A DNA stretch of 64,000 nucleotides, taken from contig JAPOVS010000019.1 of NCBI GenBank assembly GCA_026708055.1, positions 532 to 64,531 of the forward strand, read 5' to 3'. Below the pieces are notes generated by a model. That model was given only the letters and a program-made list of their open reading frames with translations. It did not search any database and had not been told where the DNA came from. The translations under genes were made by a program, and so were the position numbers. Source of the DNA: a bacterium. Lineage in GTDB: Bacteria; Actinomycetota; Acidimicrobiia; Acidimicrobiales; CATQHL01. This document shows, piece after piece, positions 56,503-64,000 of the stretch; the first letter of the stretch is position 1, and every line of letters begins with the position of its first letter.

Positions 56503-57462
56503 TCACGCCTCCTCTCTCGAGTACGGCTCACCGAGCGCTGCCGGCGCGTTGAGCCGCCCTCGAGCCCAGCCACTGGAGACCAGCACGACGGCCACGATCG
56601 TCAGGACGTACGGCAGCGAACTGAAGATCTCCGGCGGCAGATCGACGCCGCGCGCCTGCAAGGTGAAGCCGAGGCTGGTCACGATGCCGAAGAGGTATGC
56701 CCCCCCAAGCAGCAGGCCGGGTCGCCAGAAGGCGGTGATGACCAGGGCGATGGCGATCCATCCGGCACCGGCGGTGATGCCGTCGATCCAAGAGGGTTGG
56801 AGTTCGAGCGTGTAGTAGGAGCCGGCCACGCCGGCGAGAGCGCCGCCAACCATGGTGTGGCCGTAGCGGTAACGGGACACGTTGATCCCCATGGCGTCGG
56901 CGGAACGGGGATCCTCACCGACGGCCTGCAGGTGCAGGCCGGTCTGCGTGCGATAGAGGTAGAAGGCCACCAGCGCCACCAGGAGCCACGACACGTAGAC
57001 CAGCGCGTTCTGTCCGAAGATCAACGGCCCCACGATCGGTGTTTCACTGAGACCCAGGACGTCGTAGGAGGGGAGTTCGTAGCGCGCCGACGGGCCGGCC
57101 AGTTCCCCGATGGCCGCCAGGTAACTCGAGAGCCCCGTGGATCCACCCAGGATCAGCAGTGCCAGACCGGAGACGACCTGGTTGGCCCGCAGCGTGACCA
57201 CGGCGAACGCATAGAGCGTCGCCATAGCCATCCCGACCAGCGCGGCGATCAGCATGGCAAGGAGTAGAGCGAGCCAGCCGGGCCCCTCGAACGACTGGAC
57301 GAACCAGAAGGCGGTGACGGCGCCCATGAGCATCATGGCCTCCACGCCGAGGTTCATGACCCCGCTGCGCTCGGCCAGCAACTCGCCCAGGCCTGCCAGG
57401 ACCAGCGGCGTCCCGTAGAAGACGCCGGCCGCCAGCAGATCCACGAACAGCGACTCGTTCAT
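56503..57462 (-). CDS. ABC transporter permease (BMP/nucleoside-type)
   Basis: 319 aa, multi-TM, in an operon with the BMP SBP. Confidence 0.85.
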   Translation of the reverse strand: MNESLFVDLLAAGVFYGTPLVLAGLGELLAERSGVMNLGVEAMMLMGAVTAFWFVQSFEGPGWLALLLAMLIAALVGMAMATLYAFAVVTLRANQVVSGLALLILGGSTGLSSYLAAIGELAGPSARYELPSYDVLGLSETPIVGPLIFGQNALVYVSWLLVALVAFYLYRTQTGLHLQAVGEDPRSADAMGINVSRYRYGHTMVGGALAGVAGSYYTLELQPSWIDGITAGAGWIAIALVITAFWRPGLLLGGAYLFGIVTSLGFTLQARGVDLPPEIFSSLPYVLTIVAVVLVSSGWARGRLNAPAALGEPYSREEA

Positions 57463-58652
57463 GACTCTGCTCCGTGGTCGGCTTGGGTGGCGGAGATGTC
57501 GCCCGCCGCAGCCGCGTCAGGAGACTCGCCGGGTGGTGGCGCCCGAGTGGCGCTCCCGTCGCGCCGACCGATGACCACGCGGTAGCGGGCGCTCACCTCG
57601 CTCGCCGCCACCAGCAGCAGGATGATGCCCTGGTTCACGCCGATGAGCCCCAGCGGCAGGTCGGGCCCCTGGAGGTTGAAGCCGGCGTTGTTCAGAGCGC
57701 CCACCAGGATGGCGCTCACGACGATGGCGAGTGGGTGGTAGCGGACCAGCGCCGCCACGGCGATGCCGGTGTAGCCGAACACGGCCAGCTGCAGGTTCTT
57801 CGGCTCGAGACGGTGCGAGATGTCGCCGATCTGGCTGGCCCCCGCGATGCCGGCGAGGGCGCCGGACAGCAGCATGACCAGTATGAGCAGCCGGCCGGTC
57901 CGGATGCCCGCATAGCGGCCCGCCGCCGGGCTGTCGGCCGACACCCTCATCTGGAAACCGAACCGCGTGCTGCGCACCACGAACAGGAGCGCCAGCGCCA
58001 GCACCGCTCCCAGGATGAAGCCGAACGGCACGACGACGGTCGTGCCGTACTGCGGCCAGAAGGCCTCTTCCGCCAAGGTCTTGGCTCGCGGGAAGACCCG
58101 CGCGCTCTGCGTGGACAGGTCGCGCCAGTAGGACGTCGAATCGAAGATCAGGTAGAAGAGGATCAGCGGCGCGATGTAGTTCAGCATCAGCGTCGTGAGG
58201 ACCTCGTTGGTGTTCAGGTAGACCCGCAACAGCGCGGCGATTGCTGCCCACAGGCAGCCTCCGACGATGCCCGCCAGGATCATCAGGGTCATGACGGTGG
58301 TGAGACTCTGCCCGCCGAAGTACGTGCCCGCGGCGGCCGCCAGCATGGCGCCGATCATCAACTGGCCGTCGGCGCCGATGTTCCACACCTTCATGCGGAA
58401 CGTGACGGCCGCGGCGAGCCCCGTCAGCAGCAGCGGCGTGGCGGCCACGAGCGTGTTGGAGAACGCTCCGGGGTTGGTGAAGGCCGCCCGCACCATGCGC
58501 TGGTAGATGTCGATGGGATCGCGGCCGCTGGCCCACAGCACCAGCGCGCCGATGGCGAGGGCCGCGATCACCGCAATCGGCGGTGTGGCCGGACCCAGCC
58601 AGCGCGGCGGTTTCAGCCGCCGTTCGAAGTGGATCTCAGGAAGCCACCGCAC
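57459..58652 (-). CDS. ABC transporter permease (BMP/nucleoside-type)
   Basis: 397 aa, multi-TM. Start approximate. Confidence 0.85.
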   Translation of the reverse strand: MRWLPEIHFERRLKPPRWLGPATPPIAVIAALAIGALVLWASGRDPIDIYQRMVRAAFTNPGAFSNTLVAATPLLLTGLAAAVTFRMKVWNIGADGQLMIGAMLAAAAGTYFGGQSLTTVMTLMILAGIVGGCLWAAIAALLRVYLNTNEVLTTLMLNYIAPLILFYLIFDSTSYWRDLSTQSARVFPRAKTLAEEAFWPQYGTTVVVPFGFILGAVLALALLFVVRSTRFGFQMRVSADSPAAGRYAGIRTGRLLILVMLLSGALAGIAGASQIGDISHRLEPKNLQLAVFGYTGIAVAALVRYHPLAIVVSAILVGALNNAGFNLQGPDLPLGLIGVNQGIILLLVAASEVSARYRVVIGRRDGSATRAPPPGESPDAAAAGDISATQADHGAES

Positions 58653-60213
58653 CGGCGTCCTCCAGCGCGCCGCCCATCATCAGTACCCCGACCTGCTCGG
58701 CGTCGGCGCCGTCTCCTTGGATCACGCCCTGGATCCGGCCGCGGGAGATGACGGCGATCCGATCCGCCAGGTCGAGGATCTCGCCGAGGTCCTCGGAGAT
58801 CATCAGGATGGCCGCGCCGCCGGCGGCCGCTTCGAGCAGGAGCGTGCGAATGGATTCCATCGCCGACACGTCCAGCCCCCGTGTCGGCGTGGCGACGACC
58901 AGCACCTGTGGCTCCGAGGAGATCTCCCGTGCCAGCAGCACCTTCTGGGCGTTCCCTCCCGAGAGCTGCCGGACCAGGGAGTTGGCGGTGCCCTTCACGT
59001 TGAACGCCTCCAACAACTGCTGCGTCCGGGCCATGATCCGGGACTTGACGAGGAACGGTCCGCGCCTCAGTTGCCGCTGCCGGTAGGACTTCAGCACACA
59101 GTTGTCGGCCACGGTCAGCCCCGGCGCCAGACCGGTGCCGATGCGATCCTCGGGGACGTAGGCGAGGCCGCGGTCCGAGGCGGCACGCGGATCGCCCGGC
59201 GGCAGCGGCTTCCCGCGCAACCGAACCTCCCCGCCGGTGCGCTTGCGCAGCCCGGCGATCACCTCGCCGAGAGCCACCTGGCCGTTCCCGGCGACGCCGG
59301 CGACCCCGAGGATCTCCCCGGCTCGTACCGACAGCGTGATCTCCCGCAACACCGGTGTGCCGTCCGCGTCGACTGCGCTGACGTCACGCAACTCGAGCGC
59401 CGGTTCGCCCTCGCCCAGCGGCTGGGACCGCGAGCGTCTCGAGAAGGCGATGTCGCGCCCGACCATCATCCTGGCCAGGCCCCGCGCATCCACGCTCGTC
59501 GTGCGGAGGTTCGCCGAGCCGGAGACGCGGCCCTGGCGCAGCACGGTGACCCGGTCGCAGAGAGCCGACACCTCGTCGAGCTTGTGGGAGATGAAGATGA
59601 CGGCCTCACCCTCGGCCGCCATGCGCCGGAGCGAGACGAACAGTTGCTCGGCCTCCTGGGGGGTCAGCACCGACGTCGGCTCGTCGAGGATCAGCGTGCG
59701 CGCACCCCTGTAGAAGGCCTTGAGGATCTCGACGCGCTGGCGCTCGCCGACCGACAGGCGCGAGATCACCGCTCGCGGGTCGACGCGCATGTCATAGCGC
59801 TCCGCGGCACGGGCCACCTCGTCCTCCACCTGCCTGCGGTTGAAGACTCGCCGGCCGTCGCGGTGCCATCCCAGGACCACGTTCTCCGCCACGGTCATCG
59901 ACGAGACGAGGCTGAAGTGCTGGTGAACCATGAAGATCCCGGCGTCGTAGGCGTCGGCAGGGGATCGGAAGCTGACAGGGTTCCCGCCCACGAGCACCTG
60001 GCCGGCGTCGGGACGGTAGAGGCCGGTGAGGATCTTGCACAGCGTGGTCTTGCCCGAACCGTTCTCGCCGAGCAGCGCATGAACCTCGCCGCGATCGGCG
60101 TCGAAGTCCACGCCGTCGTTCGCCACGACTCCGGGGAAGGCCTTCGTGATGCCCCGGGCCGACACATCATGGCGGTCTTGTGCCCGCGCTCCGGCGGCGC
60201 CTTCAGTCGTCAC
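58636..60213 (-). CDS. ABC transporter ATP-binding protein with duplicated ATPase domains
   Basis: 525 aa with Walker A GENGSGKTT, signature LSVGERQRVEI, a second signature LSGGNAQKVLLAR and Walker B …LILDEP…. Confidence 0.92.
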   Translation of the reverse strand: MTTEGAAGARAQDRHDVSARGITKAFPGVVANDGVDFDADRGEVHALLGENGSGKTTLCKILTGLYRPDAGQVLVGGNPVSFRSPADAYDAGIFMVHQHFSLVSSMTVAENVVLGWHRDGRRVFNRRQVEDEVARAAERYDMRVDPRAVISRLSVGERQRVEILKAFYRGARTLILDEPTSVLTPQEAEQLFVSLRRMAAEGEAVIFISHKLDEVSALCDRVTVLRQGRVSGSANLRTTSVDARGLARMMVGRDIAFSRRSRSQPLGEGEPALELRDVSAVDADGTPVLREITLSVRAGEILGVAGVAGNGQVALGEVIAGLRKRTGGEVRLRGKPLPPGDPRAASDRGLAYVPEDRIGTGLAPGLTVADNCVLKSYRQRQLRRGPFLVKSRIMARTQQLLEAFNVKGTANSLVRQLSGGNAQKVLLAREISSEPQVLVVATPTRGLDVSAMESIRTLLLEAAAGGAAILMISEDLGEILDLADRIAVISRGRIQGVIQGDGADAEQVGVLMMGGALEDAGAVAS

Positions 60214-60285
60214 TGCCGTAACCCCCGGTCGGGCAGTGCTCCCCGATCACGTAATCCGGGCATTCCTGCCGACCCCCCGAGGACA

Positions 60286-61497
60286 TCAGCGGGACGTCAG
60301 GAGGTCAGCGGCCAGGTCTGCGATGACCCGGGCGGCGCCCTCGAGTTGTCGCACCTCGACCCTCTCGTTGGCACAGTGGCACTCCGCCACGTTGCCGGGT
60401 CCGAAGTTCACCGCTTCGATGCCCGCGTCGTTGACGAGGTTGCGCACGTCGCTGGAGAACGGGGCGCCGTAGACCACTCCGGGTGTGCCGGTGACCCTCT
60501 CAACGCTGTGGACCAGCCGTTGAACCAGGGCCGACTCGACGGGAATCTCCGCGGGCTCGAAGCGGTTGTAGGCCACCGTTACCTCGACGCCCACCTCTGA
60601 GCCGGCGGGCCGGGCAGCGAGGATGCGCTCGGTCACCTCCTGCACCTCGCGCTCGATGGTCTCGCCCGGGACGAGGCGGCGGTCCACGAACAACTCCACC
60701 GAGTCCGAGACGGCGTTGGGGGTGACCCCGCCCTGGACCACTGTCGGGGTGCAAGAGCCCGCGCCCAGCAGATGGTGGCGACGTTGCTCAACGTCGCCGC
60801 GGTAGCCCTCGAGGGCCTGCAGCACCCACAGAAGCCCCCACGTCGGGTTGACGCCCAGATGGCTGCGGCTGGCATGGATGGATCGTCCCTGCAGGCGGAT
60901 CCGCAACGGCAGCAGGCCCCGCGTGGCCGCGGCGATGCGCAGGTCGGTCGGCTCGGTCACGATTCCGTAGTCGCCGGTGTAGCCGGCCTCCAGCAGCGAC
61001 AGCGTTCCAGGTTCCGCACGTTCCTCCCCGACCGCGAAGTGGAGGACGAGCGACCCCTCGAGCCGGTCGAGTTGGGCGGCGAGGTGGTGAGCCACACCGA
61101 TCTGGGTGGCCAGTCCGGCCTTCATGTCGCAGGTACCGCGCCCGTACATGAACCCGTCGCGCACCTCGGCGCCGAAGGGGTCGGTCGTCCATTCGGACTC
61201 GTCGTCGATCGGCACCGTGTCCAGGTGGCCGTTCAGGATCAGCCGGGGTCCGTCGTCCCGGCCGCGCAGGATGGCGCCCACCGAATGGCGACCCGGTAGC
61301 GACTCGACGAGTTCGGCCTCCACCGGCGTGCCCGCGAAATGCTCCACGACACGGCTAGCCACGTCGGACTCGTAGGCGCCGGGGTTGGTGCTGGGGATCC
61401 GCACCAGGTCGGCGAGAACCTCGGCGAGGTAGCCGGCCGAGAGCGGGTCCCGCCCGTCCGGGTGCGCAGGCGCCCCCCGCGGTGTCGTGGTGCTCAT
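60286..61497 (-). CDS. M20 family (ArgE/DapE-like) deacylase/peptidase
   Basis: 403 aa with …LILNGHLDTVP…, …GRGTCDMKAG… and …GEERAEPG…. Confidence 0.85.
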   Translation of the reverse strand: MSTTTPRGAPAHPDGRDPLSAGYLAEVLADLVRIPSTNPGAYESDVASRVVEHFAGTPVEAELVESLPGRHSVGAILRGRDDGPRLILNGHLDTVPIDDESEWTTDPFGAEVRDGFMYGRGTCDMKAGLATQIGVAHHLAAQLDRLEGSLVLHFAVGEERAEPGTLSLLEAGYTGDYGIVTEPTDLRIAAATRGLLPLRIRLQGRSIHASRSHLGVNPTWGLLWVLQALEGYRGDVEQRRHHLLGAGSCTPTVVQGGVTPNAVSDSVELFVDRRLVPGETIEREVQEVTERILAARPAGSEVGVEVTVAYNRFEPAEIPVESALVQRLVHSVERVTGTPGVVYGAPFSSDVRNLVNDAGIEAVNFGPGNVAECHCANERVEVRQLEGAARVIADLAADLLTSR

Positions 61498-62552
61498 GGG
61501 TGGTGGTCCTTCCCCGCCGGCTCCCGCGTGAGACCCCGAACGTGGTCGTCGACCTGCCGGTGGAGGCTCGCCGCCTTCTCCTGGTCGCAGAACGCGGCGT
61601 CGATGGCCCTCCGCGTGGCGGCCGCCACCTCTCCCAGGCCCCAGCCGAGGGAGCGGCTCACTTTCTCGAACTCGCCGCTCAGCGTCACGTTCATCGCCTT
61701 CGGGTCGTCGGAGTTGATCGTGACCGGCACACCGGCCGCCATGAGCGGCCCGACGGGATGGTGATCCACGTCGGGGTACAGCCCGGTGATGACGTTCGAC
61801 GTGGGGGTCACGTTCAGCGTGACGCCGTTCGCCGCCAGGTGCTCGACCAGTCTCGGGTCCTCGATCGATCTCACGCCGTGATCCACGCGGTCCAGGTGCA
61901 GGTGTTCAAGCGCGTCCCACACCCCGTCGGGTCCCGAGGACTCCCCGGAGTGTGCCGTCCGCCCGAGGCCCAGTTCGGCGGCGCGGGCGTAGACCTCGGT
62001 GAACTTCGGCGAGGTGCGTCCCAGGAGTTCCTCATTGCCGTCGAGGCCGAGGCCAACTACGCGGGACGGGCCACTGGTTCCGAGCCACTCCACGAGCCCC
62101 ATGGCCCATTCGGCTGACTGCTCCCGGCTGATGGAGGGTGTGAGCCGGCAGTCGGCGTGGCCGTCGCGGTGTGCCCGCTCGAAGCCGGCCGCCAGCGCTT
62201 CGATGAGCGGCTCCCGGCGCAGGTGCGGCCAGTAGCGCGGACCGCAGAGCACTTCGGCGTAGACGATCCCGTCGGCGCGCAGTTGGGCCGCCGCGTCGTA
62301 GGCCAATCGTTCGGCGATCTCGGTGGTGCGCAGCAGGTCGCACCACCACTCGTAGACGTCCAGGAAGTCGGCGAGCGTCGAGTAGACGAACAACGACTCG
62401 GCGGGCCGGAGCATCGGAACACCGAACTCGGCGGCAAGTTCCTCGATCCGCTCGGCGCTCAGGCAGGCCTCGACGTGGATGTGCAGCTCTACCTTGGGGA
62501 ACGTCCGGATGGCGTCGATCCCCGGTGCCATGGCTCCGTCGGGTGTCGTCAT
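61494..62552 (-). CDS. add: Adenosine/adenine deaminase family protein
   Basis: 352 aa with …PKVELHIHVEA…, …RTAHSGES… and …VTINSDDP…. Confidence 0.88.
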   Translation of the reverse strand: MTTPDGAMAPGIDAIRTFPKVELHIHVEACLSAERIEELAAEFGVPMLRPAESLFVYSTLADFLDVYEWWCDLLRTTEIAERLAYDAAAQLRADGIVYAEVLCGPRYWPHLRREPLIEALAAGFERAHRDGHADCRLTPSISREQSAEWAMGLVEWLGTSGPSRVVGLGLDGNEELLGRTSPKFTEVYARAAELGLGRTAHSGESSGPDGVWDALEHLHLDRVDHGVRSIEDPRLVEHLAANGVTLNVTPTSNVITGLYPDVDHHPVGPLMAAGVPVTINSDDPKAMNVTLSGEFEKVSRSLGWGLGEVAAATRRAIDAAFCDQEKAASLHRQVDDHVRGLTREPAGKDHHP

Positions 62553-62594
62553 CGCTCTGCTCCTCGGTGTCGCGTGTGCCGGTCTCGGGGCGGG

Positions 62595-63590
62595 CTAGCC
62601 GCCCGGCAGGACCACTGCGTGGGCTGGCAGGGTCGGTGTCGGCCCACGGCCGAGGAGTTCGACGAAGGCGGCCGCGGGCGCCGAGAGGGCTGAGCGCGCG
62701 AAGACGGTGAGTTCCCAGGCGACGGGGGGATCCAGCGCGCGCGCGGTGTGGGCGAGTTCCTCCGGCACGTTGGCCGACGGGACCAGCACCGCGCCGAGAC
62801 CCGCCGCCGCCAGACGCACTGCCGCCTGCACCTGGGAGGTGAGCACCGCCTTGCGTGGACGGAAACCGGCAAGGGCGCACGCTGTGGCGACGTAGTCGGA
62901 CAGGCCTTGTGAGGGTTCGTAGAGGATCCAGTTGCGGTCCGCCAACTCCCGCAGCGCCACCGGGCCGTCCCCGTTGGCGAGGGCGTCGTTCGGTGGCAGC
63001 ACAACGACGAACTGCTCCCATCCCAGGGAGACGACCGGTCCGGACCAGTTCGGCGGCCGGACCCCGATGGCCAGGTCGCCGACCCCCATCGCAACTGACT
63101 CGTTCATCGTCGCCTGAAGCGCGAACTCGTGGAGCTGGATGGCCACCTGCGGGTGCTCCTCCTGCCAAAGGCGGAGCGGGTCGATCAGCATCGAGTCCAC
63201 CAGCGTGGGCAGCGTCGCCACCTCCAGGACGCCCACGTCGAACCCGGCGATGGTCCTGGCCTGCCGGGTGAGCCGGTCCGCCGCGGCCAGCGCCCCTCGG
63301 GCATCGCCCAGCAGGGCGCGGCCCAGCGGAGTGGGCTGCACGCCCCGGCGCAGCCGCTCGAGCAGGCGGCTCCCGAAGAACTCCTCCAGTGCCCGCAACT
63401 GTTGGGACAGCGCCGGCTGCGAGACGCCGAGCCGCCGCGCTCCCGCGGTCACCGATCCCTCATCCACGACCGTCACCCAGGCCCGCAGATGCCGGAGATT
63501 GACGGCTTCGGTCTCCGACTTCGCTGCTATTAGCGTTTGCTTATCGTTCACATCGGAATTGTGTCCTTGAATAATGTCACTGTCAAGCAT
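62595..63590 (-). CDS. LysR-family transcriptional regulator
   Basis: HTH …LRHLRAWVTVVDEGSVTAGARRLGVSQPALSQQLRALE… plus a substrate-binding domain. Start uncertain (ATG 63590 or GTG 63551). Confidence 0.88.
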   Translation of the reverse strand: MLDSDIIQGHNSDVNDKQTLIAAKSETEAVNLRHLRAWVTVVDEGSVTAGARRLGVSQPALSQQLRALEEFFGSRLLERLRRGVQPTPLGRALLGDARGALAAADRLTRQARTIAGFDVGVLEVATLPTLVDSMLIDPLRLWQEEHPQVAIQLHEFALQATMNESVAMGVGDLAIGVRPPNWSGPVVSLGWEQFVVVLPPNDALANGDGPVALRELADRNWILYEPSQGLSDYVATACALAGFRPRKAVLTSQVQAAVRLAAAGLGAVLVPSANVPEELAHTARALDPPVAWELTVFARSALSAPAAAFVELLGRGPTPTLPAHAVVLPGG

Positions 63591-63633
63591 ACGCTGCACC
63601 ATTGACCACATCCGATGACGAGGAGGGGGCCAC

Positions 63634-64000
63634 ATGTGCGGAGTGGACGACACTGCACTCGCTGAGCAGATCGCGGGCCTCGAGGTAGCTCTCGACGCCG
63701 TCGAAGAGACCGTGGACATCGAGTTGCAGCCCGAGCCGCTGTTCGAGAGGAACGGCCACCAGGTCTCCAAGAGTCCGTGGGGTCCCGACGACGAGATCGG
63801 GCGGCTCAACTGGGTGACCCCCGAGTCCGTGGGGGCGATCATGGCCCGGCTCAACGGCACCAAGGTCTTCGATCTCTCCGTGGAGTACTGGTCGGGCATG
63901 CCGTCATGGACCGAGGCGGGCGATCCCCCGTTCAGCATCTGGATGACCCACACGCCCAGCGGGTCGATCCTCGACGGGCGCTCCGGCTACGGGCCCGAGA
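63634..64000 (+). CDS. Cyclase-family protein (kynurenine formamidase-like), 5' partial at window end
   Basis: Read directly from the sequence: AGGAGG followed by ATG at 63634, giving MCGVDDTALAEQ…SPWGPDDEIGRLNWVTPESV…FDLSVEYWSGMPSW…. It runs open to position 64000 and is not in the ORF track. Confidence 0.6.
   Translation, partial: MCGVDDTALAEQIAGLEVALDAVEETVDIELQPEPLFERNGHQVSKSPWGPDDEIGRLNWVTPESVGAIMARLNGTKVFDLSVEYWSGMPSWTEAGDPPFSIWMTHTPSGSILDGRSGYGPE

Noticed and set aside
19446-60600. Very long antisense ORFs, e.g. 19446-20810(-), 36038-38248(-), 38938-40455(-), 54613-56451(+), 58507-60600(+), 62032-63168(-)
   Set aside because: These are typical high-GC shadow ORFs. They are rich in R/G/P/A/V/H/D/E, lack recognisable domains, and each lies opposite a gene with clear family motifs.

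Overview
High-GC window (about 67% in sampled lines), probably Actinomycetota: it has a DUF222/HNH '13E12-type' gene, lipoprotein solute-binding proteins (SBPs) with long linkers, and leaderless-type promoters. Layout: (1) 1-11.9 kb is a complete type I-E CRISPR-Cas locus on the minus strand (cas3-cse1-cse2-cas7e-cas5e-cas6e-cas1-cas2). Its array has at least 50 spacers, runs off the window start, and begins only 19 nt after the cas2 stop codon. (2) 12.8-16.2 kb holds a DUF222/HNH gene, a small K/T/D/E-rich ORF translationally coupled to a truncated ATP-grasp gene (candidate graspetide/RiPP remnant), and a VapBC module. (3) 16.4-26.2 kb holds E1 alpha/beta, VOC, SDR and glutamine-synthetase-like genes, convergent with a phosphotriesterase-like gene and a Pot-type polyamine ABC importer. 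(4) 26.4-30.9 kb is a decayed mobile island. It carries a lower-GC cassette of unknown genes, an IS481/NYN chimera, a pRiA4b-ORF3-like gene and a frameshifted AbrB antitoxin. It is bracketed by a 258-bp, 98% identical duplication of the 3' end of an SBP gene and interleaved with a second direct repeat (the HNH gene 3' flank) at 14.2 and 29.4 kb. (5) 30.9-34.3 kb is a NitT/TauT-type ABC transporter whose SBP has a ~170-aa Ala/Glu-rich spacer. (6) 34.5-47.5 kb is a catabolic cluster of unknown substrate: amidohydrolase, isochorismatase-like, HyuB/HyuA, M20, extradiol dioxygenase, acetone-carboxylase-gamma-like, DapA-like, HpaB-like, TauD-like and AIM24. It is punctuated by a REP-like hairpin family placed just after stop codons. 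(7) 47.6-51.5 kb holds a second PIN/Phd toxin-antitoxin (TA) pair, hypotheticals and hydrolases. (8) 51.7-63.6 kb is a purine-nucleoside uptake/catabolism cluster (BMP-type ABC transporter, adenosine deaminase, M20, an orphan xanthine-dehydrogenase (XDH)-family large subunit, a 2OG oxygenase) with a LysR regulator and a divergent cyclase-family gene. All protein calls rest on my reading of the supplied translations for family-typical motifs; no database search was run.
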